Shown here one piece after another: positions 29,946-39,911 of a stretch of DNA of 64,000 nt. The DNA is from Actinomycetota bacterium. GTDB taxonomy: Bacteria; Actinomycetota; UBA4738; HRBIN12. The stretch covers positions 15,979 through 79,978 of the forward strand of contig DATEBA010000012.1 in the NCBI GenBank assembly GCA_035288045.1. Reading direction: 5' to 3'. The notes under the pieces were generated by a model. That model searched no databases. It saw only the letters and a list, made by a program, of their open reading frames with translations, and was not told the origin of the DNA. The number at the start of each line of letters is the position of its first letter. Position 1 is the stretch's first letter. The position numbers and the translations under genes are program-made.

Positions 29946-30449
29946 ATGAGCGTGCGAGCCGGGCGTCGCGGCGGTACCCCGCGAAGCCTGCACGACCGCG
30001 CGCTTGGGCTGCTCGCGGTGCGGCCTCGGTCGCGCCGGGAGCTCCGCGATCGCCTGCTTCGCGCGGGGTTCGAAGCCGCCGAGGTTGACGAGGAGCTCGT
30101 TGGGCTCGAGGAGGTCGGACTGGTCGACGACGTCCGGTTCGCGAGGGCCGTAGCCGAGCACGAGTCCGGCGTTCGCCGCTCGGGATCCCGAGCTCTGGCG
30201 AACGCCCTGCGGGCCAAGGGGGTCGGGCCCGATACGGTCTCCGAGGTGGTGTCCGAGCACGGAGAGGGGGACGAGGCGCGCGCGCTGGCGCTTGCCCGCT
30301 CACGAGCGGCCCGGATGGCCCGCGTGGACCCCGCCAAGGCGTTCGGGCGCCTCGTGGGGCTCCTCGCGAGAAGGGGCTACGACCCGGCCCTCTGTCGCAC
30401 GGCCGCCCGCGCTGCCCTCGAGCTGGAGGTGGCCGAGACCGAGCCCTGA
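29946..30449 (+). CDS. recX: RecA regulator RecX
   Basis: Immediately downstream of recA; three-helix repeat protein of typical size (167 aa). Confidence 0.8.
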   Translation: MSVRAGRRGGTPRSLHDRALGLLAVRPRSRRELRDRLLRAGFEAAEVDEELVGLEEVGLVDDVRFARAVAEHESGVRRSGSRALANALRAKGVGPDTVSEVVSEHGEGDEARALALARSRAARMARVDPAKAFGRLVGLLARRGYDPALCRTAARAALELEVAETEP

Positions 30450-30700
30450 CCGTTGCCACTCTAGCCACCCTTGCCTCCGGAGCCGAGCCGCCGTAAATTG
30501 TCGGTCAGAGAGGCTTCTTCGGATACCCAAACTGTTCGTCTACCTGAATGAATCGGACCAAGAGCGAAGAGATCCTTCAAGAGGGGCGCGAAGGACCCCC
30601 CGGGGACCGCGCACCCTAGGTCCATCTCAGCCTGGCCGAGCAGCGGGCCCCCGACGGGCCTCTGTTCGGCTTTGCTCTAGGCGAGAGAAGGGATCGAACG

Positions 30701-32233
30701 ATGGAGCAGGCGATCGCACTGATCGCGGCCCTGCTCGGCGGCGCGGGGGTCGGCTACCTCGTACGCCAGATGATCGCAACGTCTAGGGCGCAGACCGCCG
30801 AGTCGCGGGCCCAGAAGATCCTCCTCGACGCGCAGCGCGAGGCGCGGCAGGTGGTAGAGAGCGCCCTCAAGGAGGTCAAGCAGGAGATCGCCGCGATGCG
30901 CCGCGACGCGGAGCAGGACGTCCGCGGACGGCGCGAAGAGCTGAAGCGCCAGGAACAGCGCCTGTCGCAGAAGGAGGAGCACCTCGAGGCCAAGCTAGAT
31001 GATGTCATTCGCCGCGCGGCGGACCTCGATGACCGCGAGGACAGCCTGATCAGGGTCCGCGAGCAGCTCGAGAAGCAGTTCGAGGTGCACCGCAGGAAGC
31101 TCGAGGCTGTCGCGGGGATGACCGCGCTCGAGGCGAGAGAAGCACTGACGGCCGAGATCGTGAACGAGGCCAAGCGCTCGGCGATGTCGACCGTCCGCGA
31201 GATCGAACAGCAGGCCCGCGAGGAGGGCGAGGAGCGCGCACGCAAGATCGTGACCGTTGCGATCCAGCGCGTGGCCTCCGAGCAGACGAGCGAGTCGAGC
31301 GTGTCGGTCTTCGCGCTGCCCTCCGACGACATGAAGGGCCGCATCATCGGGCGGGAAGGTCGCAACATCAGGGCCTTCGAGGCCCTCACGGGCGTGAACA
31401 TCATCATCGACGACACGCCCGAGGCGGTGGTCCTCTCGTGCTTCGACCCGGTTCGCCGGGAGACGGCCCGTCTGACCCTGGAGAAGCTCGTGCAAGACGG
31501 CCGGATCCACCCCGCGCGGATCGAGGAGATGCACGAGCGATCGGGGAAGGAGATCGAGGAGCGGATCAAGCGCGCCGGGGAGGAGGCCGTCATGGAGGTC
31601 GGGATCACCGACATGAGCCCCGAGCTCGTCAAGCTGCTCGGCCGTCTCCAGTACCGGACCTCCTACGGGCAGAACGTGCTGCGCCACCTGGTGGAGTCCG
31701 CGCACATCGCCGGCGCCATAGCGTCCGAGCTGGGCGTCGAGCCGGCGGTCCCGGCCCGGGGCGCGCTCCTGCACGACATCGGCAAGGCCGTGACCCACGA
31801 GGTCGAGGGCTCCCACGCCATCATCGGTGCCGAGATCGCGCGGCGCCTCAAGGAGTCGCCGGGGGTGGTGCACTGCATCGAGTCGCACCACGGGGAGGTG
31901 GAGCAACGCACGATCGAGGCCGTGATCGCCCAGATCGCGGACCACATCTCCGGCGGACGACCCGGCGCTCGCCGCGAGAGCCTCGAGACGTACGTGAAAC
32001 GCCTCGAGAGGCTGGAGGAGATATGCAACGGCTTCCCGGGGGTAGAGAAGACCTATGCGATGCAGGCCGGACGGGAGGTCCGCGTCCTCGTGAAGCCGGA
32101 CGAGGTGGACGACCTCCAGGCCCAGGTGATGGCGCGCGACATCGCGAAGCAGGTAGAGGAGGAACTGCAGTACCCCGGCCAGATAAGGATCACGGTGATC
32201 CGGGAGAGCCGATCTGTGGAGTTTGCTAGGTGA
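30701..32233 (+). CDS. rny: Ribonuclease Y (TM + KH + HD)
   Basis: N-terminal TM, coiled-coil, a KH domain (IIGREGRNIRAFE) and an HD domain (HDIGKA). Confidence 0.9.
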   Translation: MEQAIALIAALLGGAGVGYLVRQMIATSRAQTAESRAQKILLDAQREARQVVESALKEVKQEIAAMRRDAEQDVRGRREELKRQEQRLSQKEEHLEAKLDDVIRRAADLDDREDSLIRVREQLEKQFEVHRRKLEAVAGMTALEAREALTAEIVNEAKRSAMSTVREIEQQAREEGEERARKIVTVAIQRVASEQTSESSVSVFALPSDDMKGRIIGREGRNIRAFEALTGVNIIIDDTPEAVVLSCFDPVRRETARLTLEKLVQDGRIHPARIEEMHERSGKEIEERIKRAGEEAVMEVGITDMSPELVKLLGRLQYRTSYGQNVLRHLVESAHIAGAIASELGVEPAVPARGALLHDIGKAVTHEVEGSHAIIGAEIARRLKESPGVVHCIESHHGEVEQRTIEAVIAQIADHISGGRPGARRESLETYVKRLERLEEICNGFPGVEKTYAMQAGREVRVLVKPDEVDDLQAQVMARDIAKQVEEELQYPGQIRITVIRESRSVEFAR

Positions 32234-33588
32234 GTCGGAGCGACAAGTACCTGATCCGCACGTTCGGGTGCCAGATGAACGAGCACGACTCCGAGCGGAT
32301 CGCGGGTCTGCTGGAGACCGACGGGCTCGTCCCCACCGAGGAGGCGGCGGACGCACGGATCGTCGTGTTCAACACGTGCGCGATCCGCGAGAATGCCGAC
32401 AACCGTCTCTACGGGAACCTCGGGCACCTTCGAGCCCTGAAGGAACGGAACCCCGGCCTCCGGATCGTGGTAGCGGGGTGTCTGGCGCAGAAGGACGGCC
32501 CGGTCATCCAGGAGAGGGCGCCGTGGGTCGACGTCGTGGTCGGGACTCACGCGCTTCCCGGCCTGCTGGAGCTCCTTCGCCGGGCGGAGGAGGAGGGGCC
32601 GCAGACAGACGTCCGGGAGTACACCGAGGTCTTCCCGAGCGCGCTCCCGGCCCGCCGGGAGGTCGCCCATCACGCGTGGGTCTCCATCGCAGTCGGGTGC
32701 GACAACACGTGCTCCTTCTGCATCGTTCCCTTCGTCCGCGGGCCGCAGCGGTCGCGGACGAAGGGTGACGTCCTCTGCGAGGTGCAGGGTCTCGCTCGCG
32801 GGGGGGTGGTGGAGGTCACGCTCCTGGGTCAGAACGTGAACACGTTCGGACGCGACCTGACCGTCCCGGGCTCGAGCCGGCAGCCAATGTTCGCCGACCT
32901 CCTGCGAGCGATCTCGTCGGTCGAGGGCATCCGGAGGATCCGGTTCACGAGCCCGCATCCACACGACTTCACCCCCGACGTCATCGACGCGATCGCCGAG
33001 TGCGAGCCCGTCTGCGAGCACATACACTTCCCGCTCCAGTCCGGCTCGGACGGCGTCCTGCGCGCGATGCGGCGCTCCTACCGGAGCCAGAGGTACCTCG
33101 AGTGGCTGGAGAGGATCCGAGCGTCGGTGCCCGGCATCGCGGTGAGCACCGACATCATCGTGGGATTCCCCGGGGAGAGCGAGGAGGACTTCGAGGCGAC
33201 CCTGGACGTCGTTCGGGCGGCCCGATTCGACTCGGCCTACACCTTCCAGTACTCGCCGCGTCCGGGTACGAGGGCGGTGTCGATGCCCGGCCGGGTCCCG
33301 AAGGATGTCGTCCAGGAGCGGTTCGATCGGCTCGTCGCCCTGCAGGAGGGGATCTCGCTGGAGAAGAACCTAGCGCTGGTGGGTTCGATCGCCGAGATCC
33401 TCGTGGAGGGCTCCGGCCGCAAGGGGCGCGTCCAGGGACGGACCCGCACTAACAAGGTCGCTCACGTGGACGTCGATTACCCACCGGGCGCGTTCCTGTC
33501 CACCCGCATCGCGTCGGCCGCCCCCCACCATCTCGTCGGCGAAGTCGTGGCGGTCGAAGGAGCGCGGGAGCCCGTCGTCGTCGCCTGA
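32230..33588 (+). CDS. miaB: tRNA-2-methylthio-N6-dimethylallyladenosine synthase (radical SAM methylthiotransferase)
   Basis: FGCQMNEHDSE N-terminus, CxxxCxxC radical-SAM cluster (CDNTCSFC) and a TRAM domain. Confidence 0.9.
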   Translation: MSRSDKYLIRTFGCQMNEHDSERIAGLLETDGLVPTEEAADARIVVFNTCAIRENADNRLYGNLGHLRALKERNPGLRIVVAGCLAQKDGPVIQERAPWVDVVVGTHALPGLLELLRRAEEEGPQTDVREYTEVFPSALPARREVAHHAWVSIAVGCDNTCSFCIVPFVRGPQRSRTKGDVLCEVQGLARGGVVEVTLLGQNVNTFGRDLTVPGSSRQPMFADLLRAISSVEGIRRIRFTSPHPHDFTPDVIDAIAECEPVCEHIHFPLQSGSDGVLRAMRRSYRSQRYLEWLERIRASVPGIAVSTDIIVGFPGESEEDFEATLDVVRAARFDSAYTFQYSPRPGTRAVSMPGRVPKDVVQERFDRLVALQEGISLEKNLALVGSIAEILVEGSGRKGRVQGRTRTNKVAHVDVDYPPGAFLSTRIASAAPHHLVGEVVAVEGAREPVVVA

Positions 33589-34508
33589 TGGCTGCGGGGC
33601 CGCTCCTGGCGCTGGTCGGACCGACCGCGGCGGGCAAGTCCGAGGCGGCGCTTGAGATCGCGCAAGGTATCGGAGCCGAGATCGTGTCGGTGGACTCCAT
33701 GCTCGTGTACCGCGGGATGGACGTCGGGACGGCCAAGCCCTCCCCGGGCGACCGCGCTCGGGTTCCCCACCACCTCCTTGACGTTGCCGATCCGTCCGAG
33801 CCCTTCTCGGTCTCGCGCTTCCAATCGCTCGCTCGGAAAGCGCTCGAGGGGATCGCGGAGCGGGGTCGCCGGCCGTTGCTCGTGGGCGGGTCCGGCCTCT
33901 ACTTCCGCGCCGTCGTCGACGATCTCGAGTTCCCCGGCACCGATCAGGCGACCCGTCTCGCGCTCGAGGCGGAGGCGGCCAAGAGTGGCGCCGAGCGTAT
34001 ACACGCGCGCCTGGCGGCGCTCGACCCCGTAGCAGCGGGCAAGATCCAGGTGGGGAACGTCCGCCGCATCGTGCGGGCGCTCGAGGTTGCGTCGCTCACC
34101 GGGCGTCGGTTCTCGTCATTCGCAGTGGCCTGGGACCGGTATCCGCCCGAGCGGGTCCGCGCCGCCGGTGTGGAGGTTGCGCGGGAGGCGCTTCGAGGAA
34201 GGATCGAGCGCCGGGTGCACCGCATGATCCAGGGTGGCTTTGCCGAGGAGGTCGGCAGCCTTCTCGCGGGAGGCTTCGGCGGATGGCTCACCTCCACGAA
34301 GGCCATCGGGTACGCTGAGGTGGCTCGTCACCTGCGGGGGGACTGCTCCCTGGAGGGGGCGATAGCGGACACCGTGAAAAGGACGGTCTCCCTGGCGAGG
34401 CGCCAGATGGCCTGGTTCCGCCGCGACCCCCGGATCCGATGGTTCGTCGCGGGGGAGAAGGGCGCCGCGGGCATCGCGGCGGAGCTGCTGGAGTACCTGC
34501 GTGGATGA
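33588..34508 (+). CDS. miaA: tRNA dimethylallyltransferase
   Basis: P-loop LALVGPTAAGKS; downstream of miaB with start/stop overlap. Confidence 0.9.
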   Translation: MAAGPLLALVGPTAAGKSEAALEIAQGIGAEIVSVDSMLVYRGMDVGTAKPSPGDRARVPHHLLDVADPSEPFSVSRFQSLARKALEGIAERGRRPLLVGGSGLYFRAVVDDLEFPGTDQATRLALEAEAAKSGAERIHARLAALDPVAAGKIQVGNVRRIVRALEVASLTGRRFSSFAVAWDRYPPERVRAAGVEVAREALRGRIERRVHRMIQGGFAEEVGSLLAGGFGGWLTSTKAIGYAEVARHLRGDCSLEGAIADTVKRTVSLARRQMAWFRRDPRIRWFVAGEKGAAGIAAELLEYLRG

Positions 34509-35361
34509 GCTGCGGTTCTGGAAGTACCACGGGACGGGGAACGACTTCGTCATGGTCGAGGACCTCGACGACGACATGCTCCTTGCGCCCGAGCTCGTCT
34601 CGCGTCTGTGCGACCGGCGGTTCGGCGTCGGTGGCGACGGGCTGATCCGCGTCGCGCCCGCTGAGGGCGCCGACTTCTTCATGGACTACCTGAATGCGGA
34701 CGGCAGCGTCGCCGAGATGTGCGGCAACGGGATCCGCTGCCTCGGGAAGCTCGTGTACGAGCGAGGGCTTACCACCAAGACCGAGCTCGACGTGGACACG
34801 CTCACCGGCGTCAGGCATCTGTCCCTCCGCGTCGAGGGGGGCGCCGTCGTCTCGGTCACGGTCGGCATGGGCCCTCCCGCCTTCTCGCGCAAGGAGATCC
34901 CGATGTCGGGGCCGCCCGACGAGCCGTTCCTGCGTCGGCCGTTCGCCGTAGACGGACGGACGTTCGAAGCGTCGGCGGTGTCGATGGGGAACCCGCACCT
35001 CGTCCTGTTGGTGGGCGAAGAGCCGGACCCCGCGGACGTCCGTCGGATCGGGCCCCTGGTCGAGCGCCACGAGCTGTTCCCCGAGAAGACGAACGTCGAG
35101 TTCGTCGCGCCCGACGGCGACGGGATAGCCGTCCGGGTCTGGGAGCGCGGCGTGGGCGAGACGATGGCCTGCGGCACGGGGGCTTGCGCGGCCGTGGTCG
35201 CCGCCAACGAGGCCGGGCTGGTGGGCCGAGTCGCGCAGGCCCGATTCCCCGGCGGCGTGCTCCAGGTCGAGCGTCGGGACGACGACGTCCTGCTGACGGG
35301 CCCGGCGGAACGCGTGTTCGAGGGGATCGCCGATCCCGCGTGGCTGGAGGCAACCGGTTGA
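34501..35361 (+). CDS. dapF: Diaminopimelate epimerase
   Basis: KYHGTGNDF N-terminal motif and catalytic Cys motifs (CGNGIRC, ACGTGACA). Confidence 0.9.
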   Translation: MDELRFWKYHGTGNDFVMVEDLDDDMLLAPELVSRLCDRRFGVGGDGLIRVAPAEGADFFMDYLNADGSVAEMCGNGIRCLGKLVYERGLTTKTELDVDTLTGVRHLSLRVEGGAVVSVTVGMGPPAFSRKEIPMSGPPDEPFLRRPFAVDGRTFEASAVSMGNPHLVLLVGEEPDPADVRRIGPLVERHELFPEKTNVEFVAPDGDGIAVRVWERGVGETMACGTGACAAVVAANEAGLVGRVAQARFPGGVLQVERRDDDVLLTGPAERVFEGIADPAWLEATG

Positions 35362-36515
35362 GGGTCGCGAGCCGGATAGAGTCGCTGCCGCCATACCTGT
35401 TCGCCGAGCTCGACAAGAAGCTCGCGGCCAAGCGCGCCGAGGGGGTCGACGTGATCTCGCTCGGTGTCGGCGACCCGGATCAACCGACGCCCGACCACGT
35501 CGTCCGCGCCATGCAGAGCGCCGTGGCCGAGAGCACGAATCACCGGTATCCCTCGTACTACGGGAGCCGGGAGTTCCGCCAGGCCGTCGTCGACTGGTAC
35601 ATGCGTCGCTTCGGCGTCGCGCTCGACCCCGAGACCGAGGTGCTCGCGCTGATCGGCTCGAAGGAGGGGCTCGGGCACCTGTCGTTCGCGTTCGTGGACC
35701 CCGGCGACGAGGCGCTCGTCCCGGATCCCGGCTACCCCGTCTACGCCATCAGCACGCTCCTGGCGGGCGGCATCCCGATGTCGCTGCCGATGCCGGCCGA
35801 GCGCGGCTTCCTTCCGGACTTCGAGGACACCGCGGTCACCGCGCGAACGAAGCTGCTCTGGTTGAACTTCCCGAGCAACCCGACGGCCGCCGTCGCCGAT
35901 CGCTCGACCTTCGAGGAGGCCGTCGCGTTCGCGGTGGAGCACGGGCTCCTGCTCGCGCACGACGCGGCCTACTCGGAGATCACGTTCGACGGCTACGTGG
36001 CACCCTCGGTCCTCCAGGTGCCCGGCGCGAAGGACGTGGCCCTCGAGTTCGGTTCGCTCTCGAAGTCGTCGAATATGACGGGTTGGCGGATCGGGTACTG
36101 CGTCGGGAGCGCGCACGCGATCAGGGCCCTGTCGATCGTGAAGACGAACCTGGACTCCGGCCAGTTCACCGCCGTACAGCAGGCGGCGATCGCTGCGCTC
36201 TCGGGGCCCGACCGGGTCCTGGATGAGCTCCGAGCGACGTATCAGCGTCGGCGGGATCTCGTGATCGGGACCCTGAACGGCCTCGGCTGGGAGCTCACGC
36301 CGCCGCTCGGTTCGATCTACGTGTGGCTACCGGCGCTCGAGGGGCAGAGCTCAGCCGGGTTCGCCGATCTCCTGCTGGACGAGGCGGGCGTGTTCGTCGC
36401 GCCCGGGACGGGATACGGCCCTGCCGGCGAGGGGTACGTGCGGATATCGCTCACGGTGCCGGAGGACCGGCTCGCCGAAGCGATGGACCGGGTCGCGCGG
36501 GTCGTGGGGGGCTGA
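35358..36515 (+). CDS. dapL: LL-diaminopimelate aminotransferase-type class I aminotransferase
   Basis: PLP-lysine motif SLSKSSNMTGWRIG, a DapL-like N-terminus (LPPYLFAELDKK) and a position after dapF. A TTG start at 35358 overlapping the dapF stop is assumed. The long in-frame ORF from 34719 is rejected. Confidence 0.7.
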   Translation: MRVASRIESLPPYLFAELDKKLAAKRAEGVDVISLGVGDPDQPTPDHVVRAMQSAVAESTNHRYPSYYGSREFRQAVVDWYMRRFGVALDPETEVLALIGSKEGLGHLSFAFVDPGDEALVPDPGYPVYAISTLLAGGIPMSLPMPAERGFLPDFEDTAVTARTKLLWLNFPSNPTAAVADRSTFEEAVAFAVEHGLLLAHDAAYSEITFDGYVAPSVLQVPGAKDVALEFGSLSKSSNMTGWRIGYCVGSAHAIRALSIVKTNLDSGQFTAVQQAAIAALSGPDRVLDELRATYQRRRDLVIGTLNGLGWELTPPLGSIYVWLPALEGQSSAGFADLLLDEAGVFVAPGTGYGPAGEGYVRISLTVPEDRLAEAMDRVARVVGG

Positions 36516-37852
36516 TGGCCGAGCGACCCAGGCGTCGCCCCGCCGACCCGGGCGCCCTCGAGTCACCCCTGTCGGCGACCTGGCGCCCCCGAGTGCGAGA
36601 GAAGGCCGTCCTGGTGGGGGTGGGCAGGGGGCTCGATTCCTCGTCGCTCGACGAGTTGGCTGCTCTCGCCGATACCGCTGGAGCGGAGCCGGTGGCGCGG
36701 ATCCTTCAGGCGCGGACGGATCCTGACCCGGCGACCTTCGTCGGCAAGGGCAAGCTCGAGGAGATCCACCGCGCGCTGCACGGCTCGGGCGCCGATGCTG
36801 TGATCCTGGACGACGAGCTCTCGCCCGGGCAGCTCCGCAACCTGGAGGAGCGGCTGGGGGTCAAGGTGGTCGATCGGACGGCCCTGATCCTCGACATCTT
36901 CGCTCTCCACGCACGGTCGCGCGAAGGCAAGGCGCAGGTGGAGCTCGCGCAGCTTAACTACCTCCTGCCGCGGTTGCGCGGATGGGGCGAGGCCATGTCC
37001 AGGCTGGGCGGCGGGATCGGCACCCGGGGGCCCGGTGAGACGAAGCTTGAGGTCGATCGGCAGCACATCAAGCGGCGGATCTCGAAGCTGGGCCGCGACC
37101 TGCGCGACCTCTCGCGCACGCGCGCCGTCAAGCGTTCGCGCCGCCAGAGGTCTGGAGTGCCGCAGGTCGCGATCGCCGGGTACACGAACGCCGGGAAGTC
37201 GACCCTCATGAACGCACTGACGAGAGCAGACGTGGTCGTGGCCGATCAGCTGTTCGCGACCCTGGACCCGACGGCCCGGCGCCTGGGTTTGCCCGGGGGT
37301 CGCACGGTCGTGGTCTCGGACACCGTCGGGTTCGTACGCAAACTGCCCCATGATCTCGTCGAGGCGTTCCGCTCGACGCTCGAGGAGGTGGGCTTTGCGA
37401 GCCTCGTGCTGCACGTGGCCGACGGGTCGTCTCCGGAAGTGGAGGAGCAAGTGAACGCGGTGCGCGAGGTGTTGGCCGAGATCGGGGCCGGCGCGATCCC
37501 CGAGGTCCTCTGCATGAACAAGATCGACCGCATGAGCGAGGTGGAGCTTGCCCGCGCGGCGCGCAGATTCCCCGAAGCCGTTTTCGTGTCCGGGCTCCAA
37601 GGTGAGGGGCTGGTCGAGCTCGTCGACCGGATCGCCGAGGCGCTCCCACGACCACCGGTCGAGGTCACGGTACTCGTCCCCTACGGCCGAGAGGAACTGA
37701 CGGCTCGGCTGCATCGCGAGGCCGAGGTGCTGTCCTCCGACGCCACGACCGATGGAACGTTGGTGCACGCCCGGGTGGGGGAGCGCCTGCTCGCGGCGAT
37801 CAGCGACCTGGTGGTGGCCCCCGACGGTGCCGCGAGGTTCGGGGATCCCTAG
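36515..37852 (+). CDS. hflX: GTPase HflX
   Basis: HflX N-domain, G1 motif GYTNAGKST and G3 motif DTVGF. ATG overlaps the dapL stop. Confidence 0.85.
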   Translation: MAERPRRRPADPGALESPLSATWRPRVREKAVLVGVGRGLDSSSLDELAALADTAGAEPVARILQARTDPDPATFVGKGKLEEIHRALHGSGADAVILDDELSPGQLRNLEERLGVKVVDRTALILDIFALHARSREGKAQVELAQLNYLLPRLRGWGEAMSRLGGGIGTRGPGETKLEVDRQHIKRRISKLGRDLRDLSRTRAVKRSRRQRSGVPQVAIAGYTNAGKSTLMNALTRADVVVADQLFATLDPTARRLGLPGGRTVVVSDTVGFVRKLPHDLVEAFRSTLEEVGFASLVLHVADGSSPEVEEQVNAVREVLAEIGAGAIPEVLCMNKIDRMSEVELARAARRFPEAVFVSGLQGEGLVELVDRIAEALPRPPVEVTVLVPYGREELTARLHREAEVLSSDATTDGTLVHARVGERLLAAISDLVVAPDGAARFGDP

Positions 37853-38841
37853 GGGCTCCCGATGCTCCAGAGGGCGGGGTCGCCCCAGGCCCCGGTTATC
37901 ACGCGGTCCGGGTTCTCGCCCTTGTCCTCCGCGAAGCGGAGCGCGAGGAGCTGGAGGCGCGCGGTCAGGGGGATCTGCGCTAGGAGCGGGGGAAGATCGG
38001 CGGGCTCCACGACCGTGGTGACGCCGATGCCCTCGGCTTCGGCCGCGCGCGCGACGGCTGAGACGAACCCATCGGGGTCCGGTGGGGAGAGTGCGACCAT
38101 GTGATCCTCGGCCGTGAGAGGCACGGCAGACCCGTGCAACAGGTACTCGGCGTCGTAGCCCTCGCAGAGCGTCCGCGAGGCCTCGCGCAACTTGAGCGCA
38201 CCTTCCCGAGCGGTCACCGACGCCGGGCCCGCGCCGTAGAGGAGGAGTAGGCGGCGGGGTCGAGGGACCCGCTGGATGCCCGGGTCGGCGATCGCCGCGC
38301 GGACCGCCCCGGGCACCTTGGCGAGCGTGTCCGCCGCCGCCGTGTCGGAGCCCAGCGCCGCAGCGATACGGGCGAGGATGATCAACGCGCCGGAGTAGCT
38401 CACCGTGTAGGTTTCGGACTCCTCCTTGGGAACGGTCTCGATGGAGTCGGGCAGCTCGCCGTTCTGGCGGGTGATCGCCACCACCCTTATCCCGGCGTTC
38501 ACGGCTTGACGGAACCCCGCCGCCACGTACGCGGTCTCGGCGCCGGCGTTGTGGCTGATCAGTATCACTCCGTCCTGCGGGGTGACGAACGGAGGCCAGG
38601 TGACGAAATGCATGGAGGGGACGGCGACCGCGCCGCGTCCGGCCTCCTGAAGCATGGCGGCGCCGAGCTCCGCTGCGTGTTGGCTCGTGCCGGTTCCGAC
38701 GAGCCACAGCCGGCGGCATCGATGCAGCCGCTCGGCGGCCTCGTGGAGGCGGGGTTCGTCGTGGGTCAGGAGCCGTTCGAGCTGTTCGGGTTGGGAGTTG
38801 ATCGCCCGCTCAAGGGCGGTCGTCGCCCGCTGTTCCTGCAA
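37849..38841 (-). CDS. SIS-domain sugar-phosphate isomerase-like protein (double SIS)
   Basis: LWLVGTGTSQHAA SIS motif and a second SIS half. The start is taken as a TTG (plus-strand 38839-38841), 35 bp downstream of the lexA stop. The 567-aa track ORF running through lexA in another frame is an artefact. Confidence 0.6.
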   Translation of the reverse strand: MQEQRATTALERAINSQPEQLERLLTHDEPRLHEAAERLHRCRRLWLVGTGTSQHAAELGAAMLQEAGRGAVAVPSMHFVTWPPFVTPQDGVILISHNAGAETAYVAAGFRQAVNAGIRVVAITRQNGELPDSIETVPKEESETYTVSYSGALIILARIAAALGSDTAAADTLAKVPGAVRAAIADPGIQRVPRPRRLLLLYGAGPASVTAREGALKLREASRTLCEGYDAEYLLHGSAVPLTAEDHMVALSPPDPDGFVSAVARAAEAEGIGVTTVVEPADLPPLLAQIPLTARLQLLALRFAEDKGENPDRVITGAWGDPALWSIGSP

Positions 38842-38876
38842 GCCCCACCTCCCGGCGGATCCGGTTGCGACGGAGC

Positions 38877-39482
38877 TTAGAGCTTCCTCAGGACCGCCAC
38901 CACCTTGCCGACGATCCGCCCGTCGGGCATCTCGAGCGGCTCGAGCGACGGGTTCTCGGGGAGGAGAAGGACGCGCCCGTCCTCCCGGTGGAAACGCTTG
39001 ACGGTGGCCTCGTCCTCCGCCGGCCCGGGGAGGAGCGCGGCGACGATATCGCCTTCGCCTGCCGTGTCCTGGCGGCGCACCAGCACGAGGTCTCCGTCGA
39101 GGATCCCGGCGCCGACCATGGAATCGCCGACGACCCGGAGCGCGAAGTGGTCGGCGCCTTCTGCGAAGTCGGCCGGCACCGTCAGGTACTCCTCGATGTT
39201 CTCCTCGGCGAGGACAGGGGCGCCGGCGGCGATCCGGCCCACGAGCGGAACGACCGCGCCCTTGGCTCGGCGCCCGGCCAGCTCGATCGCGCGCGGCTTG
39301 GTGGGATCGCGGCGGAGGAGCCCCCTGCGCTCGAGGTTCGCGAGTTGGCTGTGAACGCTCGACGACGAGGTCAACCCGACGGCGTGACCGATCTCCCGGA
39401 CCGTCGGTGGATAACCCCGGTGCCGCACCGTCTTGGAGATGAACTCGAGGATGCGACGCTGCCTGGCTGTGAGATCGTCCAT
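38877..39482 (-). CDS. lexA: SOS repressor LexA
   Basis: wHTH N-domain and S24 peptidase C-domain with cleavage-site AAG and Ser/Lys dyad (GDSM...KRF). AGGAGG RBS before the ATG at 39482. Confidence 0.9.
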   Translation of the reverse strand: MDDLTARQRRILEFISKTVRHRGYPPTVREIGHAVGLTSSSSVHSQLANLERRGLLRRDPTKPRAIELAGRRAKGAVVPLVGRIAAGAPVLAEENIEEYLTVPADFAEGADHFALRVVGDSMVGAGILDGDLVLVRRQDTAGEGDIVAALLPGPAEDEATVKRFHREDGRVLLLPENPSLEPLEMPDGRIVGKVVAVLRKL

Positions 39483-39527
39483 GTGACCCCTCCTGGTGCC
39501 GGACCCTAGCACGGGCAGCGCCTGGAA

Positions 39528-39543
39528 TCAAACATACGTTCGG
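39528..39543. promoter_or_regulatory. LexA box 1 (one mismatch) in the lexA / LysM divergent region
   Basis: TCAAAC-ATAC-GTTCGG; an AAAC-N4-GTTC near-palindrome. Confidence 0.55.
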
Positions 39544-39551
39544 TCTTGACA

Positions 39552-39567
39552 TCGAACACCCGTTCGC
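39552..39567. promoter_or_regulatory. LexA box 2 in the lexA / LysM divergent region
   Basis: TCGAAC-ACCC-GTTCGC, a GAAC-N4-GTTC Cheo box, 9 bp from box 1. Confidence 0.75.
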
Positions 39568-39580
39568 TCACGATTGCAGC

Positions 39581-39862
39581 GTGGCTCGAACACGTGTGCG
39601 GTGGCGGCGCCTCTGCTCGGCTGTTCTGGGGATTGGGCTGCTGCTCTGGCTGGCGGGAGCCGTGACTGCCGATGACCGTTCCCAGGACCCGGACACGGTG
39701 TACACGGTTCGGGGCGGCGACACGGTGTGGGAGATCGCCTCGCGGGAGGTTGGCTCCGCAGGGGACCCTCGCCCCGTGGTCGATGCCATCGTCGGCTCGA
39801 ACGCGATCGATCCGGGCGCCCTTGCTCCGGGGAGCGAGCTGTGGATCTCAGCCGGCGGTTGA
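39581..39862 (+). CDS. Small secreted/membrane LysM-domain protein (Rv2719c-like position next to lexA)
   Basis: TM helix followed by a LysM signature (YTVRGGDTVWEIA). Confidence 0.65.
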   Translation: MARTRVRWRRLCSAVLGIGLLLWLAGAVTADDRSQDPDTVYTVRGGDTVWEIASREVGSAGDPRPVVDAIVGSNAIDPGALAPGSELWISAGG

Positions 39863-39896
39863 CGGCCCAGATGTTGCCCGGTACCGTCCAGCCGAA

Positions 39897-39911
39897 CCCC
39901 ATATCTTGTGG
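39897..39911. promoter_or_regulatory. NrdR-box-like near-palindrome upstream of nrdR
   Basis: CCCCATATCTTGTGG (CCA...TGG arms) shares the CCACA/ATCTTG words with the two sites upstream of nrdJ. Confidence 0.35.

Noticed and set aside
34719-36515. 598-aa ORF as an extended aminotransferase; also 40484 as the nrdJ start and 16984 as the dapA start
   Set aside because: In each case the conserved protein begins at an internal start with an RBS (35358, 40562, 17125). The upstream portions are low-complexity and overlap the preceding gene.
37849-39552. 567-aa minus-strand ORF spanning the SIS gene and the whole of lexA
   Set aside because: Its N-terminal 230 residues are Arg/Pro-rich nonsense that overlaps lexA in another frame. 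It was trimmed to the SIS domain with a TTG start at 38841.
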